Assembly (NCBI GenBank): GCA_002633005.1
Contig: NMRA01000043.1
Coordinates: 1,264,949-1,328,948, forward strand
Length of the DNA: 64,000 bases
DNA from: Phoronis australis
Taxonomy: Eukaryota > Animalia > Phoronida
Direction: 5' to 3'
Shown: positions 37,201 to 51,742 of the stretch, piece after piece
How positions within the stretch are numbered: the first letter of the stretch is position 1
How the letters are laid out: every line of letters begins with the position of its first letter
Position numbers and translations under genes: made by a program
Notes under the pieces: generated by a model
Database searches by the model: none
What the model was told of the DNA's origin: nothing
Seen by the model: only the letters and a program-made list of their open reading frames with translations

Positions 37201-40200
37201 AGATCTCTTAGTCTCTAGGAATGCCTCAAATAAAATGAAACAAACAAATCGTCAAAACAGAAACTGTACAGACAATACATGCTGCTGAGAGTTAGGGATT
37301 ATTCCTATCGCGCAAGTCACTTCAAATTAATTCTAGGTGCAAAATGACAGCAAGACGAGGGCAGTGTGCACTTAAGGACTAATTACAAAAAATAAGAACA
37401 AACTTAAGCCACTCTAACTCAAAACAAGGCAATCTTATTGTGATAAGATTGAAAGCTCACAAATTACCATGAATTGCCAATTTTTCATCTGATTCAGTAA
37501 TTGTTGGGTTGCTAGTCAGACTACCACCGAGCTGAACCTTGTCGGTAAGCAAAATAGAGGCAGTGGTAGTAGTAGTAGTTTTCAGAGTTGTGGAAGTTGT
37601 AGAGGGGCTCATTGTGGGTCTCTTAGTTGGCGGGGGTCGCGTGGTTGTGGTTGTAGTAGTTGTAGTTGTGGTAGTGCGAGGACCCATATCTGTAAAAAAC
37701 CCAGACGAAGAAATGTGTTAGTAAAAACATGGGTCCCAAAAATGAGCGAGCGGGCAGGTATGACAAGATCTTGTAAGACTGCATTAGTCCTCTGACTTTG
37801 AAATATGAGGTCAATGACTGGATTACACAAGTTAAGCTGAAAAATGTCCTAAAACAGTTTCCTTTGCTGACAAAATTTGGGTCTAATGTCTTTGCATTAT
37901 GGGTGCTAAGTGGACACAAATGCATTACTTTTGTAACAGGCACAAACTGATCACAAGGCTAAACATTCCAGAATTTGAACATTTCTATGGACGACTTCTC
38001 ATGACTGCTTTAGTAAGTAAACACAAGTGTGTACATGGTCCTCTGCCTGTCCTCTACCTTTTTTCTATAAATAGCCATAACACCACAAGTTCACAAGGAC
38101 AGGAGACTGAGAAACATACTGGATCAGACTTTTCTGTTTCGTCTGGGACGAAGTGCCCATTACTTTATGACATGGATATACAGATATGGACCAAAAGGCC
38201 AGTACACACATCATCACTTTTTATTGGTGATATATGGCTGTGTGTTGGAACTGAAGCACCTCACAGCAAACTAACAGAGCCCATACAATGTCATGTTCAA
38301 CTACAATCTGACTTGCTCCACAATTGAAAATTTAATTTTTTAACAAAATAAGAAACCCTATTTGTTGACTTAGACCACGGCCATTCCAAATAGACAGTAA
38401 TCAGCATTAAGCGCACACCAAAGAAAAAGGCTTAACAAGATGTCACATGATGCGACAAGTTGTCACATGATACTACAAGACATCTTTCAATCAAATGTAT
38501 TTTATTACTCAACAACTTCTGCTTTGAACTGCTATGAACAGTCAAAATGATTTTTCATCTACGTTATTGCCGACGATACAAGTCCTATCAATCCACTGAT
38601 TGTGAATGTCACTGCTGAACACTGCAAGTGCACTATGACGCAGAGTAACATGAGTACCAACTTGTTTCCTAAAACCAGTAGATTAGAGGTGCTTTGATTT
38701 GTTAACAATACAGCTACATTAACAGGGTGCAATAATCCAACAGAGTGCACTGTTAACTAACAAAAGTACAAAGTCACATGAACATGAAGATGACAATAAA
38801 ACTACAAACAGGTCACTTTGGTGTAAGAACACTGCCTAACATGATCCTTTACTGCAATGGCACATTTGGGAGGGGGGGGGGNTGAAATACAGCCATGGAC
38901 AAAAAACACAAAACTGCCACAAAGAAACACCACAGTAGTCGGAGGCTAATTTGAAAATCATCCATAGAGTGGTTTGGCCAATAGAAAGGCAGACACCAAA
39001 ATAGACTCGAAAATTATAAAAACGGCTACTAGGTGAGGCAGAGTAAGTCGAATCTATTTGAAAATGAGAATGTGGCGTCATCTCCTCAATAGACACCTGC
39101 TAGATTTCATAAAAACCCATCAAGGAAACTAAAATTGCCTGAAAGAGGCACACTTGTAGTCGGATCAGTTCGAGACTTCGCTCATGCAGTCCTGTCCACT
39201 AAATTTCATAGACATCCATCAAGGGATTTGGAGATACAGCAGTGGACAACAGACACGAGACAGACGGACGGATAGAAAACCCACCCGAGACGAGCGAAAA
39301 TGATGACGTGTAATTTTTTGGCAAATCATGGCATTTCAACTTTGCTTTTACCCCTTTGAGCAGTTTTTGAGAAAAACACAAAACCTTGGATGAAATTGAT
39401 ACGAACAGATGTTACTTTTAGTCCGTGAGCACAGATCTCAAAAAGAGGCAGATTTCAAAAAGAGGCAGATCTCAAAAAGAGGCAGCCTAGAGATCACAAT
39501 CCGCTTTGTCCTTTTTGACATAACAGTCACTCAACACTGATATAAATTCTTAACTACTAGCATGGGCAAATAAGTTCTAATAAATCATATATGGATATGA
39601 ATCACCACTCAAAAATGCAAAAACAAAAATTAGCTGATTTCTTAATATCCAGAAAAATGCCAGGTTCAAACATAGCACTATTTAAGCAAATACTACTCAG
39701 CTAGGAACAATCCAAGCCAACAAAAGGATTGAGGTCATATCCCACTGCGGGATAGTTTCAGTTTCAAAACCCTAGGGTAATGAATGGCTCACCTGATCAC
39801 ACACAAAGACACAAATATATGGACAGACAACCACTGGCTCTCTAATGATCAGCAGCTCTCAATACATAGATTAGTCTATAGTAACACAGTTACTTCATTG
39901 TCTTGTCTGACATGTGCCAAGATTCATTTACTTAAAATTCAGTCCTACTATTAAAACGATGGCAATTCATCTCAGACTTATGGTCATCTTAAACTACGCA
40001 GCGCAGCGTACAGAGAATGATGCCTCAAAATTATATTCTCTCGAGTTCTGAACAGTTGAAGAGACAGCAAAATTAGCACAGGCTGGAAATTTTTAGATTC
40101 AGTAAAATATCATAATTGTAGACAGGAAAATTGTAGAAATGTTTATACTAGTTTGGGATGGAGTAATGGTACAGACTGAACAGTTGTAGAAATTAAATAT

Positions 40201-43200
40201 ATGAAGCTGTACCGGCACTCTGTAGTTGTAGTTGATGCCTGCATTTGAGTAGCTCAATACGGGAAATACAAGTTAAAAAAGACATATCAAAATTCTAGGA
40301 CTAATCTGCCATACTTTGATGTCGTCAAAGTCGTTGAAAAGGCAAACCGTTAACAAATATAAAGCCTCATGTAGACTGTAAAACAAGTTGAAATTTGTAA
40401 AAATATACAATTGTTCACAACTCCAGAGTAACTATGCTTACTGAACCCGTGCAGGCTAACTACAGTACAAACTTTACGTACTGAACAAAGTACATGCATC
40501 GTTCACATTAACTACAGTACAAACTGTACTTGCTGAACTTGTGCAGGGTATTATTCACACTAATTCACACTAACTACAAAACATATACTTACTGAACTGA
40601 CAAATGTAGAAGTGAGTTGGTAAGTGACAATTGCGATCTCTCCACTTGTAGTTGTCTCCACGGCGAAGAGAAGCACAGTCATCTGTGTAGTCCTCGATAC
40701 TCAAAAAGCCCGCTGCAGGTTCACCCTCTGCCCAGTTCATGTAGGGATCAGGATATCCTTTCCACTTATCAGCCCTTGTACCTACAATCACCAACAGTGG
40801 AGGATGAACCACTACTGGAAATTCTGTGGATAATTCACAGATGCAGAGAAAAGGTTTAACTTCTCACAGGTATGTCCATTTTACTGCACAGTGAGATGAC
40901 CAGTGCATTCACCATGTGATCAGTGTGAAACAGTGAAAGTCACAAGAGAAAATATGCTGCTGGCTCCTACATGGAATGAATAACAGATACACTCAGTGTC
41001 TACAACTTCTCCATTTCATGTTTAACAATCAATGTGCCTGACTAGTAAATACTGATGGAATCTCCGTGTATATGAACAGCACAAGATACATCTTATTTTC
41101 GCTAATCTGTGAAGAAATGCTCAGCATGTGACAAAATTGCGATTAAGACACGGATAAAGTTCAACATTACTGAATCTACCAAACTGACAAAGGCGCACGT
41201 TTCTCTTCCGTGAATGCACCCCATGTGTATTATGCAGATAACTCACCTGAAGCTAACCATGTCCAGACCCCACTGTTCCCTGTCCAATGACTGTTATCTG
41301 TGAAACCGATCCAGATTCCATTCTTATCCTTCCAAGTGTCCAAAGACCTTATGGTGGACACCAAGAAGTTCTGAGTGTCTGCATTTAGAATTTCAACGGG
41401 ATTACCACCAGACATAGACTGACACCGTTTGAAGGCAGAGTCCCCTGTTACCTCTGTAGGCACAAACAGATAGCACCGGTCACCGAATATCCTTTTTTCC
41501 CCAGTGGCCTCTTTAAATGAAGTTGGGCACCTATAGAAGTCATCGCCTACAACAAAAGGTGACAGTTTAATTCTCGAGACCAAGATAGTTCTGAGACGAA
41601 GTTTTACAACACTCGTCACCTACAATGATCACAATAAAAAATTGCAGATAGCCCGATGCTTGAATTGCATGCTACCGTAGAATCACACCAGTCGGACCCA
41701 ACAGCACAAAATACCTGATTTAGAAATCATGAGAGCTCTCTTATGTATGCATAGTTATTATACTCTTCATGACAGAGATTTCAGATGTTCATAGCCACAT
41801 ACTGTTAACCCTGCTCCCCATATAAACCAAGTCACTGTCCACTAAAAGATAGAACCTACACCCACAACTATTTCTACTGTCCTGTCCTTTCACATCTCAT
41901 ACTAACACCCAGAAGGATCAGTGATTCCCAGACCAAGTTTGGTCACTCTCACTTCTGCTCAAACTCTTAGCGCATGCGATTGCCTCAGAACAAGAATTCC
42001 CTTGCTGCCATCGCTTATTCTTTATGCCACGTTGAAGAATCTGTATTTGCATCCTCGTAACTGTGCTAATGTATAGCAGGAACTAAACGACAATACTATT
42101 TGAACATCACCTACGCTAAACAAAGTGCAGTTGTAATCATTGGCAACTTTATATGAAAACAAAAATTTCAGCAAATGTACCTTGGGGCTCACGCAGCCCC
42201 TATCATGCAGTGCTATTCCCCAAATCCACGTCAAGATACTTAGTGGATACGACTGAGCGATTTACGGCAAATCATTTTCGACAAAAAACTCGTTCTTAAA
42301 AACATTTGGCAATTCTGAACCTACTTTTTATTCACATAGATTATATGTTGTGTTCCCAACTAATTTGACAAGCAACCACAGAGATAAGGAATCAGCAAGC
42401 AAGCTCTACTTAGTGCTTGATCCTAAAACTTAAACAGTGAGTGTCCAAATCCAGAATATTGTACGGTGAATACCCACAGCAGCAACTGTGTAGTGAGTGT
42501 CCACTGATTGGTAACTGATCTAAGCCTGGTGGAAGATTTGATTTGAGTGACAGCTCAATAACCTTTGACCTCCGATTAGTAGTTCCAAGCAGTTGAAGGT
42601 TCTAAGGTGGTTCTGCTAAATACTTTTTTTTAGCGAACTGCACCGCATAATCTAGTATTTGAAATTCCCCAAGAACGAGGATAAGGAATCTTGCTAAGCA
42701 TATGTGACATATTGTAAAAACGGTCAACTTTTAGGGATAAAGTTCGAGATATTTTTAAACATCCTAACTTTACTTGATGAGCGAAAAAATCCTAACCTTG
42801 CTTGATGACCTGGAACATCCAACTTTGCTTGATAGCCTAAAGTATCCTACCTTTGCTGGATGACCTAAAATTATTAACTTTCCTTGATGACTTCAACATC
42901 CTAATTTTCCTTGATGGTCTATAAAATATTCTGACCTTCCTTCATGGCTTCAACACCCTAACTTTAAATGAGGACCTAAGAGATCTAACTTTGCCTGAGG
43001 ACTTGAAATACTTAATTCTAAAAGTCAATATACAAAGAGCAGCAAGGAGCCAAGTTTCAGATCTTTGGTTTATATCAAACAATACAGATATTGAACAGTT
43101 CCCTTTTAAAAGAACGTTCCCCAAGTTTTAATTTTCAATTTTGTTATCTCCATTTTACGAGGGTAAATAAAAAATGGAGACAAAGCTTTGTGGCTCAAGA

Positions 43201-45827
43201 AATAAATAAGTCTGCAAAAATTCATGCGAATGATCGACGAATGTGCTAAAGACATGATCAGCCAGTGATACGAGCACTGAAAATCACCAGTTATGAAAAC
43301 AGTCAACTTGGAACATACAGAGGGAAGCACTAGGTGGCGCAGAATACATCGAATCCATCCAAATACAAGACGGCAGATCTCTATAACAGTGCATATTTGC
43401 TATTTAATTTTATGAAAATCCATCACGGAGATACGAAAATGCAGAAGCAAGTGCAAAAAAAATAAAATAGCGACAAGGAGTCACACACTTACTCGAGATT
43501 TGTTCGAAAATTGCAGAACACGGTACTACTCGCACGACACAACCCTGAATAGTAGGTAATAACAATGCAGATGTCCAATTATAATGTGATATTACACGCA
43601 TAGTCTTTCAGCCCTGGGAGTCTGTGACACCACTTCCAATGGCATCAAAAAATAAAACTATAAACTTGAAAGTGTCCCCTATGTCAGGTTGTGGATGAGC
43701 ACCAGACAACAAACAAGCCTACTTTTTACCTGAGTGACCTAATGAGACTGTAGGCAGCCCAGTAACACTCATTTGTTAACGTCATTTTACAATAACTATC
43801 TCAAAGACAACCTGGAAGTCTTTTTAAAATGTTTATACAGCTAACATATTTTTCTGGTCTCTCATATTTTCATAGTGAAACCTTCTCTGGCTGTTCTGCA
43901 ATCATTTTTTAATAATTCATAAAACATGTTTCATTAGAAACAAACTTCCAACAGCAGGAAATGTGCAGAGTGGAACCTGGCATGACCAGACAGGACATAC
44001 CACTTAAAATACATCAGGATATAATCAAGTTACAAAGGTCCAGGACAAGTTCTTGTAGACAATCACAAGATCACAGGACAGAGTTATTACAGCCCAGATC
44101 ACTTCCAGATGAAAGGATATCACCACATGACCACAAGAGCCATAAGGTCATCCTGGAATACACAGCGATAGAACTCTCCTTTGTCCTGGAGATAAAAAAC
44201 CATGTGACATTGTTTTGGAAATTAGCTATTTACTCTCATTGATGCCGGGAAGGAGAAGAATTTCACTTCACGCATCCAATGATATTTCTCCAGTTCATCA
44301 AACTTTTTCAAGTCGGAGTTGGAGTCCACAGCACAGCAGCAATAGTTCGTTGGCATTGGAAGGACGAACAGAGTAATGCAACTTTGAAAAACTTGTAAAG
44401 AATCAGACAACAACAAATAACATGTGAAACTTCAGTGACATGAACACGAAGCAGCAAATGTGCCTGACAGATGTTTACAGCATTGTAGGTAAATACAGCA
44501 GGTAATCGCTGTGTAATCTAGGATGGACCTGTTAGAGTGTACCCAGTATGTACAGGAATTGATTTCTGGTGATCTGCACTCTAAATTGAACTGGATATTA
44601 AAGGCACTGACCAAAACTGATTTAAACCAAACAATCATGCCACAGTGAGCACAATATGAACCACCAAACTTGCACTCTGAAAATGTTCCACACGAAACAA
44701 AAAAATGGCCTAACAAAATCCAGTTAGCTCAAACACTCAAGGCACCACAAAAAAACTCCTGCAGTTCAGTATATGCCACATGCCAGTAATAAATGGCCAA
44801 CGACAAAAAACCCTCCAGAATATGCCTGCTCTAAATTTGTGCTAGTCCAGGGTACTACAATAACATCAACAGGTCCACTGGTATGTCCTGAGTCACATGA
44901 AATTTGGTTGTGCTATCTCACATGTTTGAGCAGGCTCAGTTTAGACGGGATCCTTTCTGTGTTTCCTACCAGCCATTTCTAGCAATTTTTCAGTCTGCTC
45001 ATAGGTCACTTGTTGCTCACTGTGGCCTGATTTTTCAATCCTAAATCAGTCTTGGCCATCACCTCAAATACCTGATCCAGCTCACATTTGAAGGTTTCTG
45101 GCAGTCAAAGGCCATTTGGTGGTCTCTAGGATATACTGAATCATACAGAATTGGTTTTTGTATCACCTCCAATGTTTGAGCTAGCTCAGTTTTGGGGAGA
45201 AATTTTTGTGTTTCTGCCATTTTCAGAGTGCAATTTTCAGTCACGGGTTACTCCATACTCATCTTAAGTTGGTTTTGTCCGTACCTCCAATATCTAATTT
45301 AAATGACAATTTCAACAGCATTTTTGGGTGTTCTGGTAGAGCCAATCTGAGTCAAAGGCATTGTTACCCATTAGTGGTATGTACTGAGTCGTTTGGAACT
45401 CTTTCTGGTACCTTGAATGTTTGAACCATAACACTTTTGGAGGCCATTTTTGATTTTCTGGAAAGCTCATCAAAGAGTGTGCATTTGCTGTGATTGGTGA
45501 TTAGGCGCAACATTGCTCATTCTAAATCCATGTTGGCCAGTACCCCCAATACTTAATTTAGCCCATATTTTCAACAGCATCCCATGACAGATTTTTGGGG
45601 ATTTCTGGTGGGCCCAACCCAACTTGCGTATTTTGTCTGTCAAAAGCCAAGTGGAATGTACTGAACCATATGGAATTTTTTTTGCCTTCCCTCGAAAGAT
45701 TAAATTCGAAAAATTCAGGAATGCAGAAAACTAGCAGAAAATAAAATTGATGTTTGAAAATACAGCTGTACTTACAATAGACATGGATAATCAGCAGGAC
45801 AAACAGACATACTGATGATTTCAGCAT
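34269..45827 (-). CDS. Type-I transmembrane C-type lectin domain receptor, 464 aa (signal peptide, CTLD, Thr-rich stalk, TM, Tyr-rich tail)
   Basis: Minus-strand exons 45776-45827 (MLKSSVCLFVLLIIHVY), 41247-41546 (CP...FGDRCYLF...C...IWIGFTD...WTW), 40593-40781 (YMNWAEGEPA...C...KWRDRNC...FYICQ), 37468-37689 (poly-Thr), 35838-35976 (GLGIGIGLGILLVLAVVLILFVCRRR) and 34269-34761. Total 1395 nt with all phases compatible. Confidence 0.9.
39434..39484. repeat. 17-bp tandem repeat (agatctcaaaaagaggc)x3
   Basis: Three adjacent copies. Confidence 0.85.
42758..43020. repeat. Degenerate ~27-28-bp tandem repeat (atcctaactttgcttgatgacctaaaa-like)
   Basis: About 9 degenerate units. Confidence 0.75.
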
Positions 45828-48011
45828 TTTGGCTACTACCTGAAAATGGAAAACATATTGAAAGCACTCCGAGGAGCGACACCTCATGCAACTGAGGGAT
45901 CAAATGATGACTACAATTCAAGCTAAAGACAAAACAACATTCCGAAATCAAAAAATGGGCCATTTACATCTAGGCCACCACTAGACAGAAAGTGGCAGCA
46001 TGATGCCCACAGCAGTCTTGTCTTGCCACTAAAATGGAACAAGGGAATTGTGGAAATAGTGAGTAAAAACACGAATAAAACATCTTGGTGCAAACACTAT
46101 GGCACAAATTAATATGTAAATATTGTTGTGTATGTCAAAAAACGAGACATTCTGATGTTCTGAGAGGGTGAACCTTCAAAAAGCAAAACAGACCCAAGAG
46201 CAGGACAGTCTCACCAAGAGTGAATGGTCCCACTTAGAGTGGCACGGTCCTCCCAAAAGGGTTGGCCAACTACATCGGAACAAATAACACTGTTTCAATA
46301 TTACTAGAACTGCATTCACTGTCATGAGAGGAATCAAACAATACTTGACATAAACAATAGCCCAATCCTATGCCCAGTATTGGCCACATGTTATAAACAT
46401 TGGTTGTTAATATGTTTACTAACACCAACGGGTACACAATCTCTAGTTGTTCCACCAACCCTGCCCTCCTCATTGGTAACTTGTCAGCCAGCAGTTACCA
46501 ATGGGAGCTGACAATAAATTTTGAATGGAAATATACCAGAAAGCCCAACAAGATTAAACTTATGTTTCAATAAATTTTGTCATTTTTTTGATGTTCTTTG
46601 GTTCTTTATTCTTACAATTAGGTAAGTTAATACAATCCAAGGACCAGTGCAGTTTACTTGGCCACATGTTGAGAATCGTTTGTTGACAGCCATGTTTTCT
46701 CATGGCCTTTGCACATTTAGGATAAAAACACTGAATGGAGTAAGATAACTGTAATTTAGCAGTGTACTATATTGTCGGATAACAGTATCCACACATTTCA
46801 TGTCATTGGTTAAGTATACTTAGTTTAATCAATCAAAGAGTAAATTGGCTGTACAGTTCCATGACAGGATATGACTACAGCATCCAAAAATGAACAGGAA
46901 TGAAATTAGTAGGCCTACAGGCTACAGAGACTATTGGGAAGTGTTGGAGCCTCTCCTCTCGTCAGCCAGGCGAGGTTATTTGACGACATGGGAATATTGA
47001 TAAAGAATTTGGTGAAGAATTCCAACTCCAATGTTTGGTTGCCTCGAACTTTTTCCCATGATGTAACACCAGTTTGGACTGGAGAATATGCCTGAAACAT
47101 CCTCGAAATTGTAGGATGGAAGCACAAGTGAAATTTCATAGAATTTCATGTTTCATGGATATGATCCAAACGTTTAGTTCGAATAACCCAGTACCACTGG
47201 TTGGTTACATGAAAAACGAACCCATCATCTAGCGGGAGAAACTGGTTCTCTAAATGAGTCTAACTCATGTCCAAAATGTAAAATCAGTGCCTAGATTGTC
47301 TCTCGATTCTAAGAAAAAAATAACCCTTACGGCCTTACGTATGATCAGTGACTGACACTCATGTCGTCAGTGACCTGGAAGTTCTGGAACTCACTGGCAG
47401 CTAGTCTAAACTATCCCGGGACGGGTTATTACGCAGCATTGAACAAAAATCCTTACCATTAGATCCTAGCACCTTTCAAAGTTCTCTCGACGAGATATGT
47501 ATTCCAAACAGCTACTAAAGATGTATAAAACAAACCAGTTGTTTGTAAACACTCCGTCTCCGATGAGCAATAGCCTACGGTACTTCCCGGAAAATGAGTG
47601 GGTGAATCAAAACATGGAGTCCAATCAAACATTTTTGTTTTGTCACGTGACAATATCGCACGAGAGACATTCATGTCGAATCTGTCCGGCTGGTGAGTCA
47701 TGCAAGACTCGCTGGTTCCCTGCGTGCCGCTAGGTGGGGCGGTAGGCGCGCCAGCAAGACCGGTTCATCAGTGACGGTCATCTAGTGGGACCTATGGCCG
47801 GTTACATGAAACACTGAGTTCCAAATAGGGACTCAACCAAGTTCCCAATGTCTTTTTGCGCATTTGTATCTTTATGGACACACATGCAGATGCATCCTTA
47901 TTATGAGCTCCTCTTTGATTAATGACATTTTCTAATAATTGAACAACTTTGAGCCCACACAGAGTTAGTTCCATTGAAAATAAATAGGGACTCACTCCTT
48001 AAGTTGGGGGT

Positions 48012-48200
48012 GCTGCATGAAAAGATCCCTATATATTTTCGATAATATTGACAGTTCAACATAGAATTCACTCTCGACTTGTATCAATTAAAGTCAAAAG
48101 TTGACTTAGTAATGAAACTAAAACAAGTCAAGAAAGGAAGGCCAAAAATACGCAGTGAGGGACATAGTTGAGTCTCTATATTTGGTACTGTTTCATGCCC
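48012..48200 (+). repeat. Interspersed repeat with a direct homolog at ~60793-61045
   Basis: tgcatgaaaagatcccta..attttc.ataatattgaca.ttcaac..tcactctcga.ttgtatc..tgaaactaaaaca..tacgcagt..ttgag.ctctat is shared by both loci. Confidence 0.8.
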
Positions 48201-48701
48201 CCCCCCCCCCGCCTTGAAAAGGCGCTACGGGGACGCCAAAGCTACGCTTTGAGAGCGTCGAATCACAAAATTTACTGCTTTAAGCTGCATGTATAAAATT
48301 TCCAGTTTCCTTGTGTTGACCGTGTGTCCAGTATTTTTTTTTTATTAAAATAATTGTTGCTTTTACTTAACACGCGATGAGCTGCCTGGCGCCGGATTAG
48401 CGCGTGAGAAATACGACACAGAACCTCTTCGCCTTTTGCCTTTGAGAAAAACAATTTAACTCAGGTATTCAGCGGACCACTAAGAAATTCTCGGTTCGAT
48501 CAGTAGGTTGGAAACATGAATTCAAATACTTCGATCTGCTTCTTAATTTATGTATCTCGCAATTTCAGTTCGATGGCGACCGAAAAAAGTCTGGTTCCGA
48601 GAACAAATAAGGTCTTGCATGATGAAACATTTCTCTTAAATTGGCTATAGCGAATCAGAAGCAGGTTCTATTAGTTGGGACCAAGGGTCATCAAACTCAT
48701 C

Positions 48702-48859
48702 CAGGGCGGATCCAGGATTTTGAGTTGAGGGGGGGCAGGGCAGAGTATTAGTTATGGTTTTGCCCGTCAGACATTTGCACACCAGAACTTCCAAATGGAA
48801 TCTAGGTAGTGGGGCCATGGCCCCTTTGTCCCCCCCCCCGGCCCCCAAATCCCCCACTG
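48702..48859. mobile_element. Possible short non-autonomous element (CAGGGCGGATCCAGGATTT...AAATCCCCCACTG ends)
   Basis: Degenerate inverted ends of a type common in invertebrate hAT-like MITEs; no TSD recognised. Confidence 0.35.
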
Positions 48860-51742
48860 AGGACAAATCCCATGATGCTAACAAGTCGCTCGATGTACTA
48901 ACCTACTTGCAGCATACAGCACTGCTCAGTTGAATCACCAGTGACAACACCCTATATTCCTTGAATTTCTCCGCCCCAGTTTGAAACGGGTACTGAATGC
49001 GCCCATTAGTAGCAAAAATGACAGCAATGATGAAACATGCGACAAGGTGGTTGAAAGGGTAATATACAAGCACTGAACGTCAAATAATAATTTAAGCATC
49101 AGTACGTATGACCAAGGAATACAATCGAATCAGCATTCACAAGCCCAAACTATAATATAGCAGTATCCACGTACGATGAATTGAACAGAGAAAACAATTA
49201 CTTTGGCACGATGTTAGGTCGTCAAAACAATGCAACGTACATGTAATAACTGAACTAGGCACCCAAAGCGCAGGTTTGAGACATTTTCATTTACATAATC
49301 TACTAAAAGTAATTTTAGGCCGATTTCCCGAAAGCAAGTGCGCTTACATGAACAGCAACGGGGAGAGAAGAGCATGCCAGACGGGACTTCAGTTCCTACG
49401 TCGGGGGGTTTGGAGGACCTCCGGCCAAAAAATTCATCGTGTCACTCCAATAACGTGAACTACGTTTCATTCCAGTGATAGTCTCAGTGTTACAGTTTGT
49501 GCACTCCAAAGGCAAATTAAGAACTCATTGTTTACGGTTGTCGCGCAGTGACTTGAAATCATGAGCGGCACCTTGTACTGGGGCCAACACAGTGTACAAA
49601 GGCATTGACATCAAACCGTTTTACCTCGGCACTGATCTCAGAGATCGAGCGCGAGTTTTCTACAAAACTTTATTCTTTATCAAAAATGCTCATCAGACAT
49701 AACTATTCTTTGAATGTGTTATCAAAGCTACCATAAGGACTGAACGTTGTGTGATTCATAAATAATGGACTTCCAAGTTCCTCAAACTACCACCCTTGTA
49801 GTGGCGGTCAGTGGTATGCTATATAGTGTTTTTTATTTTTTATCTCACATTTTTGTTAGTTTTAATTTGCTATCATCAGCTTTCCAGACCAATTTGTAAT
49901 CCAATCTACTTCCCGCGTGATTAATCGACAGTCTGTGCCGGATTTATAAGCATCGTCCCTCCACCAGAGAAAACTGACCTTCTGAAAAGGGACCCAAATC
50001 ATCAAGAATAAAAGTCAGTTAATTTCATCATCGGGTGACCCACAAAAAATTGTACGATTTCTCGAAAAATGGAGGCAGTTGATTCCCCCATTGGATCCCC
50101 TCCATGCATGAGCGAACCCCTGGAAGGAAAATGTGCAATTCAAAAACAAGAAAACATCAAAAGTGGTCATGTACGCCATCGATTGGTCCTTTCCAAGTCC
50201 TGGGCCCTCCTACATGAAAGGGTATGTATGATTTTAAAAATAAGACTAAAATGAGTAACTAAGTTTTGGCAGCGACTGCCGATAGGCGGCGACACTTCAA
50301 ACATACTCGTTGGTTCCCTGCGTGCAATTAGGTGGTAGCCAGTTGCCGACTTGGCTAGGCACAACCAGCGAGCCAAACATACAGCGAAACGTGTAGAAGG
50401 GAGAAAATTCAAGATTTTAATGTTAGGGAAAAACTTTGTCAGCGATATCCAGCGCCATAGTATATTTTTAGAGAATCCAAAACTTCGTTACTCAAGAGAT
50501 CCGTCGAGGGATGACATAACAAACTGTCGCTCGCTTTTCCATTTTTCAAAATATTTCCTTTTAATGCGTTCCATGATGAAAGGGGCACTGGTAATAATAA
50601 CAACGATAAATTTTCTAAGTATATGGGCTCCCTAAAACATGTTAATCAAAAGCATCGCAACATCAATTCAGGCACATTGCTTGAACTGAGAGTGCAATAG
50701 TAAAACACGGAGAGCCATAGTATAGTTTGAAGAACTTGAAGGTCATTTTGTAAATTATCAAAAAAATCCCGACAGTTTTATACATAAGAATATCGACTAT
50801 TTTGCCTAAAAAAATCTAAGAACGCTAGGTATTCTCACCAGGATTCAAATTGGGCCGCGTTGAAACGACAAATGATGCCATTTGAAACGTTGAGCTACAG
50901 ATTCAGTAAAAAATAACCAGTCGACATTTTACGGGTTGACAGAAACCACTTCAAGTTACTAAATAGTCTCGATTTATGTGACAACCAATGAAAAATTAAA
51001 TATGGTGGCTCAAAAGTTGTTCGGTGGTGATTAAATTAGGGTGCAGGAATTCAAATTTGAAAGTGGTGACCCAAAAAGCGGGGTCAGAGTGCACTGGATA
51101 TTCATTTTGAGATCACTTCGTTATTTACGCTATCCATAGTTTATGGTGAAGAAGCGTTTGTTCTCAAAACTCGCTGTGCACCAAATTCGTGGGAGTACGT
51201 CAGTCTAACGAATTATCAATAAATTTTACGGATTTCAAAGTTTTCAAGATGTTTACTATCGTTAAAGGCAATCCGTTGAAAGCCTGGTGACGACATGGTA
51301 CCGAAAACAACGATCGTGGGTAAAAAACACTGACGACCTCTGGGCAGCAGGGTTTGATGCGAAGTAGAATTTGTCTATGCCCCTCCAATAACATTTGTCT
51401 TCTGGGCCCGAAACTGTATAATGCAGAGCCGGGTTTTTATTTTTTTCTCGGATACACCGGCAACATCCATGTAGATCAACTCGCCGGCTACGTTTTTGAA
51501 CCTGTGTAAGCGCATACTTATGACGTATGAGCTTGACCTTTCGATCACAAATTTATATTTGCCTAGCTTCATATTCATAAAATCAGTTCAACCAAAATTC
51601 TTCCTAAGGGAATGCCATCGGCATTCTTCACACAAATCCAATTATCAGCGTTAACATATCGCAGTGTATTTATGAATTTACACATGGTGACCAATTGAAC
51701 AAACTCTCCAACACTACCGCGGTACCTTTAACGACCATCATG

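Noticed and set aside
44001-44186. Exon-like segment on the minus strand in the lectin intron (tttttatctccag ... gtatgt)
   Set aside because: Stop codons in all three frames, and the signal exon splices in frame directly to 41546 without it.
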